Assembly: GCA_029880265.1 (NCBI GenBank)
Contig: JAOUOT010000001.1
Location: forward strand, 19,485-83,484
Direction: 5' to 3'
DNA from: Spirochaetia bacterium
GTDB taxonomy: Bacteria > Spirochaetota > Leptospiria > Turneriellales > JAOUOS01
DNA length: 64,000 nt
Notes under the pieces: generated by a model
Seen by the model: the letters and a program-made list of their open reading frames with translations, nothing else
Databases searched by the model: none
Told to the model about the DNA's origin: nothing
Part shown: in pieces, positions 1 through 11,000 of the stretch
How positions within the stretch are numbered: the stretch's first letter is position 1
Layout: every line of letters begins with the position of its first letter
Program-made: the position numbers and the translations under genes

Positions 1-149
1 AACCAATCACAGATAAATCTGAGGGTTTTGAGAAAGTAAAAGACAAAAATGAAGTAGAATCAATATTCTCGGGAGAATGTACTTATTGTTTTAAATGTTA
101 TGACGTATGTCCAGAAAGAGCTATAAGCTTTGGAGGAACAAAAAAATAA
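1..149 (+). CDS. Partial CDS (5' end outside window), frame 3: C-terminus of a 4Fe-4S ferredoxin-type protein, probably NapH or NapG of a nap operon
   Basis: Translation PITDKSEGFEKVKDKNEVESIFSGECTYCFKCYDVCPERAISFGGTKK-stop carries a CxxCxxCxxxCP Fe-S cluster motif. It sits 27 bp upstream of the napB-like gene on the same strand. Confidence 0.45.
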   Translation, partial: PITDKSEGFEKVKDKNEVESIFSGECTYCFKCYDVCPERAISFGGTKK

Positions 150-176
150 ATTAAAAAAAATTCTAAGGAGAAAAAT

Positions 177-485
177 ATGAAAGATTTAAAGAAAATAGCG
201 TCTCTAGCGGTAATAGCCGGCTTTATAAGCTTAGCTATAGGCGCTTGCGGCGGGTCAGGCTGGGAAAACAGAGCGTACTGGGGCGCTCCGCCTACGATAA
301 CTCATGGAACAGTTAAAGAGTATGCAAATTGCGTAAAATGTCATGAGACCGGTAAAGAAGAAGACGGTAAGGTGGCGACAAAGATCCCAGAAAATCATGA
401 TATTAAAAAAGGACATGTAAATTGTGTTCAATGTCATGTTGAAGCGCCTACAAGTATTACCGCTTATAAAAAGAATAATTTCTAA
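177..485 (+). CDS. napB: Diheme cytochrome c NapB (periplasmic nitrate reductase small subunit), predicted lipoprotein
   Basis: Two CxxCH motifs (CVKCH, CVQCH). GAPPTITHG...Y..C.KCH resembles the NapB signature APP(L/V)IPH...C..CH. Signal peptide with lipobox-like IGAC followed by a Gly-rich GGSG tether. AGGAG RBS 8 bp upstream. Confidence 0.75.
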   Translation: MKDLKKIASLAVIAGFISLAIGACGGSGWENRAYWGAPPTITHGTVKEYANCVKCHETGKEEDGKVATKIPENHDIKKGHVNCVQCHVEAPTSITAYKKNNF

Positions 486-494
486 GAGTAAAAA

Positions 495-875
495 GTGTCA
501 GGCGTCAGCCGAAAGGCATTATTTAAAAATTTGCTTTTAAAAACCGCTGATGTTATACAGAAGCCTGCTGACAAATTGAATACTTTTGTTAACGGATATC
601 CTGTTAAAGAAGAGCCTTCTGAAGCGGATGCGGTAATTAAAAAGAAAAGAAATGAAAAGTATATCGTAAATATACTTACCGATCTATGTATGGCATATCA
701 GGGAATAGTCTGTTTAAGCTGCATGGGGCATTGTCCGAAAACAAGACAAGGGCTTGAAATGCGAAACGGGCGACCCATTATTGACGATATAAAATGCAAC
801 GGGTGCGGCAGATGCGTTGAAAAATGTTCTGTGAACCCGTCTGCAATTAAATTAATTAAAAGGCCGAATACTTAA
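495..875 (+). CDS. NapF-like ferredoxin-type Fe-S protein (GTG start)
   Basis: Cys clusters CLSCMGHCP and CNGCGRCVEKC (4Fe-4S ferredoxin-type). Position immediately after napB matches the napAGHBF order. Start codon GTG and only two recognisable clusters, so assignment is tentative. Confidence 0.45.
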   Translation: MSGVSRKALFKNLLLKTADVIQKPADKLNTFVNGYPVKEEPSEADAVIKKKRNEKYIVNILTDLCMAYQGIVCLSCMGHCPKTRQGLEMRNGRPIIDDIKCNGCGRCVEKCSVNPSAIKLIKRPNT

Positions 876-886
876 ACCGGCCTTTT
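858..886 (+). terminator. Rho-independent-type hairpin overlapping the napF-like stop codon
   Basis: Perfect inverted repeat AAAAGGCCG (858-866) / CGGCCTTTT (878-886) with an 11-nt loop, followed by an AT-rich tract. Lies at the end of the nap gene string. Confidence 0.5.
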
Positions 887-1100
887 AATTAATATTTTTA
901 ATTCAAATCAATAATTCATTAAAAGTAATTATCTTATGAAAATATCATATTAAAAAATAATGGCAACTTTTCAATATTTTTTTAATATATACAGATAATT
1001 ATATTTTTTTGTTATGTAATCGAAAAATAATACGTATATAACAGTCGATAATAACGTAAGGATTAAATTGCTTAAATAATACAATTAATTAATATAATAT

Positions 1101-1128
1101 TTGACGTTGCCTTCTGTATGTATAAAAT
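1101..1128 (+). promoter_or_regulatory. Candidate sigma70-type promoter for the beta-barrel/giant-lipoprotein operon
   Basis: TTGACG (1101-1106), 16-nt spacer, TAAAAT (1123-1128), about 75 bp upstream of the ATG at 1204. Motif-level only. Confidence 0.3.
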
Positions 1129-1203
1129 TAATATGGGCGATTAAATATTATGAATTATAAAACATTGCTATTTTATAAAAAGGTAAAAGAAAAGGAGTTA
1201 ACA

Positions 1204-2046
1204 ATGAAAAACACAATTACAAAACTAATTAGATTTACGCTTATACTGATCTTAATTTTTGGAATTTCAAATCTGGCGTTTGCGCAAAGAGGCAGAAAAG
1301 CAAAGGTTCAAGAACAAGAACAGCCGACTAACGACGCGTTTGCCGAAGAAAAAATTGAGCAAGAGGCCAAAGACGAAGAGCCAATTGATTTCATGAAAGA
1401 TTTAAAACCCAGAGCGGGAATTTATCTGTCGCCTGTAATACCTATGGGCACATTGGGAGATTCAATTTCAACAGGCTTTGGCTTCGGGTTGCACGCCGAT
1501 GTTTTATTTCCCCTTTCTTTTTTAAAGGCTCTTAATCTCGAATTAAGAACAGGATTATTTTTTGCATATTCTTCTTTTTCAGGCAATGTCGATTTGACCA
1601 TTGAAGGCACTACAGATACCGTGCCTTACGCTATGGCGGCTAGCATAATGCCTTTAATTGTATACGCAAATGTAGGTTTTCCTATGAAAGCTCTGGGGCT
1701 GACTCCTTACGGGTCGATAGGAACGGGCGTAACCTTTTCAAGCGCTCATAAAACAGTAGACCCTGACAGCGAATCTCTTGTTATTGAAGAAGACAGAGAC
1801 GTAAAGGCCTCGTCTGTAGACGGCGCTTTTAACGCCGCAGCCGGGGTTCTCTACTCAAACCCCGCCTTACCCTATTTAGATTTAGGCGTACAACTTCGTT
1901 ATATTGTCTCGGTTCAGAAACTTTCGGGACATTTTTTTCAGGCCGACGTAACCGTATCATATAGCTTTGATTCTTCGGGTTCATCGGGTAACAATGCAGC
2001 GTCTCAAGAGACAGAAGTATCTTCTGAGAGCGTTGAAACTAAATAA
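1204..2046 (+). CDS. Small outer-membrane beta-barrel protein (OmpW/opacity-like) with Ser-rich C-terminal tail
   Basis: ORF track starts at 1150, but the Met at 1204 is preceded by AAGGAG and gives a classical signal peptide (MKNTITKLIRFTLILILIFGISNLAFA-Q). The barrel ends ...DVTVSYSF, then an acidic Ser-rich tail. Sits 48 bp upstream of the giant gene with no terminator between them. Confidence 0.55.
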   Translation: MKNTITKLIRFTLILILIFGISNLAFAQRGRKAKVQEQEQPTNDAFAEEKIEQEAKDEEPIDFMKDLKPRAGIYLSPVIPMGTLGDSISTGFGFGLHADVLFPLSFLKALNLELRTGLFFAYSSFSGNVDLTIEGTTDTVPYAMAASIMPLIVYANVGFPMKALGLTPYGSIGTGVTFSSAHKTVDPDSESLVIEEDRDVKASSVDGAFNAAAGVLYSNPALPYLDLGVQLRYIVSVQKLSGHFFQADVTVSYSFDSSGSSGNNAASQETEVSSESVETK

Positions 2047-2094
2047 TAAATTTTTAAAATATTATTAAAAATACTAAAAATAAAGAGGAACAAA

Positions 2095-5000
2095 ATGAAA
2101 ACACAAATTCTTAAGAAAATATATGTCTTGCCCATAATAGCGGCGCTTCTTTTTACAATGACAAATTGTAATTCTAATACATTTGATATTTTATCGCCAG
2201 AAGGAACGGTTCAACCTGGTAACGTATCAACAGAAACGTCTATAACAAATATCGCATGCGGCGCTCCTTGCTCGGCGACAATGACGGGCCAGACAATTAC
2301 AATTCAGGTTGTCTTTAGCGATACGGTTACAGTAGACGATGTCGGCGGTACGGCAATACCTACCATAACATTGACAGACGGCACTAATACGTACACAGCT
2401 ACTTATACAGCAGGAAGCGGTACAAATACGATTGAATTTACTTATACTATAGGGGCTAGCGATAACATAAGCTCTTTATCGCCTACAGACATCTTGTTAA
2501 ACGGCGGCACAATAACCGACCCAAGCGGCCAAAGCGTAAATTTAACCATTCCCGCAACGAATGATTTATCGTCACTCGCCTTTAGTGTAGACGGCGTTGC
2601 TCCTACTCTTACAAATGTTACTATCGCATCTAGTACAGGTACGGCCTATGCAAAAGAAGGCGATACGGTAACCATAAGCTTAACTGCCAGTGAAACAATA
2701 TCGTCACCGACAGTAACTATCGCCGGCCAGGCAGCAACCATTTCAGGCGGGGGTTCTTCTTATACAGCAGAATACGTTATGACTATTGCTGAAGCTGAGG
2801 GTGTCATCCCTTTTGCTGTAGACTTTGCCGATACAGCCGGAAATGCCGGCGTTCAAGTTACCGCGACAACCGATAGCAGCAGTATCACATATGACAAAAT
2901 AATGCCCGTATTAAATACGGTTAACATTTCATCAAATAACACAAATGATACTAGTCTTGCAAAAACCGGAGAAATAGTAACAATCGATATAATTGCCAAT
3001 GAAACAATTTTGCAACCAACAGTTACTATCGCCGGGCAGACGGCCACGATTTCTGGCGGGGGAGCTTCTTTTACCGCAACCTATACTATGGCAGGCGGCG
3101 AAACTGAAGGCGCAATTCCTTTTACTATAAATTTTAGCGATCCTGCCGGTAATGCGGGAACAGAAGTTACAGCAACAACCGACTCAAGCAGTGTTACTTT
3201 TGATAAAACGCCTCCGCTTTTTACTTCTTTACTCGGAGCTAATGAGGCAGTTGATAATGTCATTAATAACTCAGAAAAAACAAGTGGTCTTGCCATAGTT
3301 GCATTAAACGCGAGCAACTATGCAACAGCAGAATATACGAATATTCTAAATGATATTATTCCCGTGACATGTTCCCTGCAAACATTCCCAAACTCTGCAA
3401 TTCCGTTGATTAACAGCTTACTTGTTGATGGTACTTTTGCTGTATGCGTTAAACTAACTGATGGCGCCGGCAATATAACATATGGAAAAAGTCCGCAAAT
3501 AATTAGAAGTATCACAGGTCCAGTTTTTACGTCTCTTGTTGGCGCGAATGAAGCTAGTGATACCTATATTAACGCAACAGAAGCAGCTAGTACAGCCTTT
3601 ATCGCAACTCTAACTGCAAGCGGGAATGATCATGCAACAGAACCTCAATTGTTTACCACGATATTAAATGATAGTACGCCGGTTACCTGCGACGTCGGAC
3701 AAACTTATGGTAATACAACTATTCCCACGATAGATACAATACCCGCAGTAGATGGCGTTTACGCAATATGTGTTCAGTTAAAAGACTCGGCAAATAATTT
3801 AACTTACGGTAAAAGTGTACAGTTTATTAGAGACACAGTATTACCCACTTTAACTTCTGTAACTATTCAATCAAATAACGCCAATTCTTCTCTTGCAAAG
3901 ACGGGCGATACAATAACCCTTAATTTTACGACAAGTGAAGTTTTAACGTCTACGCCAATAGTGACCATAGCCGGCCAGCCAGCCGACAGCATAACAGGTA
4001 CGGGACCATATACGGCAACATACACTTTAACGGGCAGCGAAACACAAGGCCTTGTAGCGTTTAGCATTAATACTTTTAGCGATTTAGCCGGTAATGCGGG
4101 TTCGGCGGTTACCGCAACGACAAATTCAAGCAGCGTGACTTATGATAAAACTCTGCCTACTCTTTCAACGGTAATCATCGCATCGAATAACGCGACGACG
4201 AACCTTGCAAAAACAGGCAATACGGTGACGATTAATATTACAGCAAGCGAAACTTTATTAGCGGCGCCTACAGTAACCATATCGGGGGCAGGGGCGACCG
4301 TTACGGGAACAGGACCATATACGGCAACATACACGATGTTTGGTACTGAAACCGAAGGCGTTATTCCTTTTGCAATTAATTTTAGCGATTCAGCCGGCAA
4401 TGCTGGTATTGTAGTTACGGCGACGACAAATGCAAGCAGTGTTACTTTTGATAAAACTGCGCCTTTGTTTACTTCGCTTATAGGCGCGAATGAAGCTATT
4501 GACAATATTGTAAATGGTGCTGAAACGGGAAGTACAAACCCGATTGTCGCCTTAACGGCTACCGATTTTACAGTAGACGACTATACGGCCATATTAGATG
4601 ACAGTACACCAATTACTTGTAATTCGGGGCAAGCCTATTTAAATGCTTCAGTACCGGCAATTAATACAATGCCCGCTATTGACGGCGTATACGCTGTATG
4701 CGTAAGACTATCAGATGCTGCAGGTAATATCGCTTATGGCAAAAGCGTTCAAATAGTAAGAGGCACATCAGGCCCTGTGTTTGGTTCTCTTCTCGGCGCG
4801 AATGAGGCAGTTGACGGATATATTAACGCTACAGAGACAGGCAGTACGCTAGTCATTGCAACTTTAATAGCAAGCGGCAATGATCATGCGACGACCCCTG
4901 AAATGTTTACAAATCTATTAGACGATAGCACGCCTGTGACTTGTGATGCAGGCCAAACCTATGGTAATTCTACAGTGCCAACAATTGACACCATGCCTGC

Positions 5001-8000
5001 GGTTGATGGGGTTTATGCTGTTTGTGTAAAACTAATGGATTCATTAAGTAACATTACATACGGCAAAAGCGTTCAGTTTATTAGAGATATCGCTGCACCT
5101 GTGGCGCCAACAAGTTTAGATTTGGCAGCGGCATCTGACTCTGGCGTATCAAATACTGATAATATCACAAAACTAACAGCGGTTACCATAAACGGCTTAT
5201 CTGAAGCAAACGCGATTGTTGAGATATCAAGCGACCAAGACGGCTCTGTCGGTCTGGCTACTGCAGATGCGCTTGGACAGTGGTCAAAAGCTGTTACGCT
5301 AAGTTCTGCAACAAGCCCCTTGACACACCTTATAACGGCTACAGCGACTGACCCCGCCGGCAATACATCCACAGCTTCGACTTCGCTTTCAATTGAACTG
5401 CATACAGTGGCGCCGGTTCTTACAACTGCGACTATAAGTTCAAATAATGCCAATTCTACTTTGGCAAAAACCGCAGATACAATCACACTAATTATCACTG
5501 CTAATATGCCCTTATCTGCTGCGCCAACGGTGACATTCGCGGGCCAGCCTGCCGACAGTGTAACAGGCAGCGGTGCGGGGCCGTATACGGCGACCTATAC
5601 TCTAACCGGCAGCGAATCAGAAAGTATAATTGGTTTCACCATAGACTTTGTGTGTCTCGCGGGTAACGCGGGTACGCAGGTTACCGCGACAACCAACTCA
5701 AGCATTGTGACCTATGATAAAACCCTGCCCACGCTTTCTTCAGTGACCATTGCCTCAAATAACCCCGTGCCAAATTACGCGAAAACAGGCAATACAATTT
5801 CGTTAAACATTACAGCGAGTGAACCCTTAATCACCGCGCCTACGGTATCCATAGCGGGAGGTTCAGCTGTTGTTTCAGGAACAGGACCATATACAGCAAC
5901 TTATACAATGCTGGTCGGCGACACTGAAGGTATCGTTCCTTTCACCATTGACTTTATAGACACTGCCAGCAACGCGGGTACTCAGGTAAATGCAACCACG
6001 AACGCAAGCAGCGTTACTTTTGATAAGACACAGCCTTCAGTAGCGGTAAACCAAAACGCGGGGCAGGCCGATCCTGCGAGTACCCTGCCTTCTGCGTTAG
6101 CGCCAATCGTTTTTGATGTTGTTTTCTCTGAAGCAATTGACGCAACTACTTTTGCAACAACAGATATCACGCACAGTGGTACGGCGACAGGTGTGGTTTG
6201 GGAGATTGTAAATTCTGGTAATAATAAAAACTTCACGCTTAAAGCAACCGCAGCCGACGGCGACGGCACTTTTATACCGTCCATAGCAGTTGGCCTTGTT
6301 AAAGATATAGCGGGAAACACAAATATCGCCTCAACATCAACCGACAACAGTGTTACCTTAAGCACAACCGCTCTTACTGTGACTGTTAACAGAGCCGGTT
6401 ACCCGACCCCTACTCAAACTAATCTTACAAATACTTTACCGATACAATTTGACGTAAAATTTTCAGAAGCCATTGATGGCGGTTCTTTTACAGCTTTGGA
6501 TGTCTCACAAAACGCGGGGGCAACTTCCAGTGGTATTACATGGAACATCATACATGTATCGGGTAATACCGATTACACCCTGCAGGCGACGGCTATTACG
6601 AATGATGGTACGGTTATACCCGTAATTCTAGCCGGGGGCATCACCGCTGGCGTAAAATCAAACGAGGCTTCTTCATCTACTGACTCGACCGTAACATACG
6701 ATAATACCGCGCCAACTTTGACAACAGTCAGTATTTCATCAAATAACGCTGACACAACCCTTGCGAAAACGGGCAATTTAATCTCTTTAGATATTACCGC
6801 AAGCGAGGCCTTGTCGGCTGCGCCAACGGTAACCATTGCGGGCAACTCGGCCTCAGTTTCAGGCACGGGCCCTTATACGGCTACGTACACGTTGGCGGGA
6901 ACAGAAACAGAAGGCGCTCTTGCTTTCACGATTGATTTTATCGATGCTGTGGGCAACGCGGGAACGCAAGTGACGGCGACAACAGATTCATCAAGCGTAA
7001 CTTATGATAAGACATTGCCAACGCTTTCAACTGTATCCATTATTTCGAATAACGCGAATACGGCTTACGCTAAAACGGGCGATACGATAACCTTAAGTAT
7101 TACAGCAAGCGAATCTTTATTGGCTGCGCCAACGGTAAATATTGCAGGCGGTTCGGCCTCTGTATCAGGTTCAGGGCCCTATTCGGCGACTTATACAATG
7201 ACAGGCGCTGAAACAAGCGGTCTTGTGGCTTTTACAGTAAATTTTACCGATTTATCGGGTAACGCCGGTACACAGGTAACATCCGTAACAGACGCCAGCA
7301 ACGTTACCTATGATAAGACGCCGCCTTCGATAACTACTTTCGCGGGAGCCAATGAAGCCAGCGATAATGTGGTAACAAACGCAGAGGCAACGTCTATATT
7401 AGCGGTAGCCTCTATGGGCGCTACAGACGCTACCGCATTGACATATCTATACTCTAATATTCTTGACGATTCTACACCGGTAACATGTTCGGCGCAGAGT
7501 TTTCCGAATTCTTCGATTCCGGCGATTAACACAATGCCGGGAACCTATACGGTTTACGCGCTTTGCGCGAAGGTAACCGACGCCGCGGGCAATATTTCAT
7601 ACGGCAAGACGCCTCAAATTTCAAGACAGGCGGCGGCCACATTTGCCATAGCATCGGCGCAGACTTTAGACTGCGACCCTGTAAACGGAGTTCTTGACCA
7701 TTATAAGATTACTTTTACAGGCAATGTAACAGATTCTGATTTTGACGGCTATCTGCTAAATAATGAAGGCGCCGTAACCGTTAAATGGGTGGTTGCCGGT
7801 CACGGCGGCGTAAGAATGGATCATGGTACGGGTTTAAACGCTATTTGCGGTTCTGATACCGCAAACGATTCGGTTGTTTATATTAAGTTTACAGAAAATT
7901 CCTCGGTAAACACGGGCGTTAAGCCTGAACTCACCGCCGATTTCGCGACAATAACCTCGCCTGATTATGCGAATGAAACGCTTTATTCAAACACGGGCAA

Positions 8001-11000
8001 CGTATTAATAAGCGACGTTACAGAAACTGACGGCGCGGGCCCTTATATCTGGTACGCTATGGCTACTCATGTGGGAGGTGCCGACGGTTCAGCCGGCACG
8101 GGCGATACTCTTGAAATAAGATACTCAGAAAGTACAAACGCGCCTTCTCTTGCCGGTCTTGATCTTGATAACGAATTTTTAATTAACCAGGCAGCGGGCA
8201 ATTACTTTGGCGTGAATACAGACATAACTTCTGCGGTTTGGGGCACAACAACATATACCAATGATACGGTGACCTTAACTTTTGCTACAAATAATCCGAC
8301 TGTTAACGAGGCAAATTTAATTGAAGCGGCAGACACAGGCACGGTTCAAGATTTGATAGGCAACAACTCTCCGCTTGTCGCAAATGTTTTATCTCCGCCG
8401 GCTATCGCGGGTACTTTCAGCGCTTTGAAACTTGGCCCGGTAATTACATCGGCTGAATATTATGATATTGATAATAACGGTTACATCGAGCATGTGAAAA
8501 TCACTTTCAATAAAGCTGTAAATGATACCAAATTCCCCGGTTATGTGGGTAATAATCAGATAAATAATATTACCCTTAACTGGAAAGTTGCCGGTTATAA
8601 TAATGTCGCTCTTGATACCAGAGATACGGTTAACGCGGTAACGCTTGATAATGTTACAAATGATAATGTTCTCTGGCTTATCTTTTCTGAAGGGGCCGAT
8701 TATGATACAGGGGCAAAACCCGACTTAACCGCGCTTTCAGGCTTAACCCAGCAGATAGAAGATGTTGAATTTGGCTGCGCGTTAAATACAATAGGCAATA
8801 CTTCAAATTGCGGAGCGATTGCAACTTCAGTATTAAATACTACGCATGTTTCTGAAAAAGATATGGCGGCCCCTATCTTTACGTCGGCAACGGCGCGAGG
8901 CGGCGATAATTTTATTTTCTTATGGTACAGCGAAAATGTATGGAGCAACCCCGGCATGCCCGCCTGCGGTTCGGGCGGCGCTCTTGAAGCCGCTGATTTC
9001 GCTTATAATGAAGTCAATATAGGCGGCGCGACGTCAATTACGGGTACGTCGCCTATTGATAATTGCGCCTCTACGGACGCCTTTGTAAGAGTATTAACCG
9101 ACGTTGCTTTTGTTACAAATGATTTAGGCGCCGATCAAATAGCGGCAGCCGCTAATCAGATTTATGACGCCGCCGATAACGCTATGGTTTCAGGGGTAAA
9201 TATGACCATACAGGGCACCATTGCCCCTTATGTAATGACAGCAAGCTCATATTATGATACAGTAGCTCTAAAATATTGGTTAAGAATTGTATTTTCAGAG
9301 CCTATGAACGCCGCTTCGGCGACATTGCCGGCAAATTATGCCTTATCGATAGATACCGTAGGTTCGTGTGCATCTATTGTTGCAAACCCGACTTCTATAA
9401 AAGCTGTGACAACTTCGGTATTTGACCTTGAAACCGACGCTCAATGCGGCGATACAGTTTATAAAATTACGGCATCTACCAATATTTTAGACGGTAATGA
9501 AATAGAACCGGTAGGTTCGCCCAATGAAGCCACAACAGTGGGTACCGACCTGGTTGATGTAACGCGTCCCAAGTTGTTACAGGCGCTATCGCTTTCAACA
9601 ACAACGGTTCAATTGACATACAGCGAACCCATGAAGACAGGCGATGCGGTTGGTTCCGCTGAATGCGATACCACATATATAACCGGCGCGACTTGTAATA
9701 CGACCGATGTAGACGGCACGGTCACGGGATTAGACCACTTGTATCTAACAACGCCTGTACTTGGCGATGTTTTTAGTGTAATTGCGACCGCCGATCCTTC
9801 GGTTTATATTTTAACTCATGCCGACCCTCAACATGGCAGTTTTTATGCCATAAGAGCCTATGCTGATAACGCGGTATCGTATATTCCTGAAGACCTGGCC
9901 GGTAATGATTTGTCTAGAAACCCTGAAAATCAGGCGACATTTCAAGGCAGCGGTACGATTATCGCTAATCTTGAAGATGGGCAGCTGTTTACCGACCCTT
10001 TTGCCGACGGTACATCATTTTCATTTGCTTTTAATTACCAGAACAGAATTTATCTTGGGCCAAACGATTACAACACCGGCGCTTTCAGGTTTGAAGCCGA
10101 CGGCAGAAATCCCGTTACGGTAACCTTTTTAGCAAACGGCGCCTGCGCTTCTGGTACCTTTGGGGTTACCGGAGGAGGCACATGCGGCGTAGATCTAGGA
10201 CCTGCCGGAGAAGAAGGTATTGTAGGATTTAATTCAAGTTCCGTAAATATTAATGCGACGGATTATGAAATATTAATGGTTGGTCCTATAAAACCGGGGG
10301 TTTCAAACGTATATTTTACGCAGGATATTGATACCCTGCTAGACTGGAACGCATGCGGTATTACAGGCACTGTAGGCGCCAACAGCGAAAGTATTCAACT
10401 TACTTATGCGTTTGGTTCTAACATGTATATGGCTGTGGCGCAAGATCAGGGAACCGCCGAGCCTGTGATGAACAGAATACCGCTTACAGAGGCTGGCGGC
10501 ATTATATCATGCGGTACGGCCTCTGATTTGGGATTAAAAAATCTTGCGAGCATTGGCTCAAAGGCGGGTAATCCCGCGATAAGTAAATCGGTTATCGGTA
10601 TTGACAGTATTTTGTATGTACCGGCAAGTTCAACAGTGACGCCTACAGATACCCTATATATTGCCAATAACGGCGGCATGGCCGCGTCGGCAGGAACTCC
10701 TTTGGTTCTTGCCGACTTTACCACCTTTTTAACCCAGACAAACCTTGGCGGTGTAACGTTAGTCTTACCTACCGCCGCCAATGGCGGTCTTCAAAAACTT
10801 CGCCCAGGGCAGAAGGGCGTTCCCATAATTACAGAATGGAAGGGAGCTTTGTATATGGCACGAAATCTAGCCGTAAGCCAGGCAAGTTTTGCTGAGCAAT
10901 CTACAAATAATGGCGCAGAATTATGGAAGTGTACAGCAGCTTGTACTACCGGCGCCAACTGGTACAAAGTTGCTAGTTCTGCTAATTTTGACGGCGCAGG

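Noticed and set aside
1150-1203. Upstream extension of the beta-barrel ORF (track start at 1150)
   Set aside because: The Met at 1204 has a good AAGGAG RBS and yields a canonical signal peptide. The extension MNYKTLLFYKKVKEKELT would bury it.
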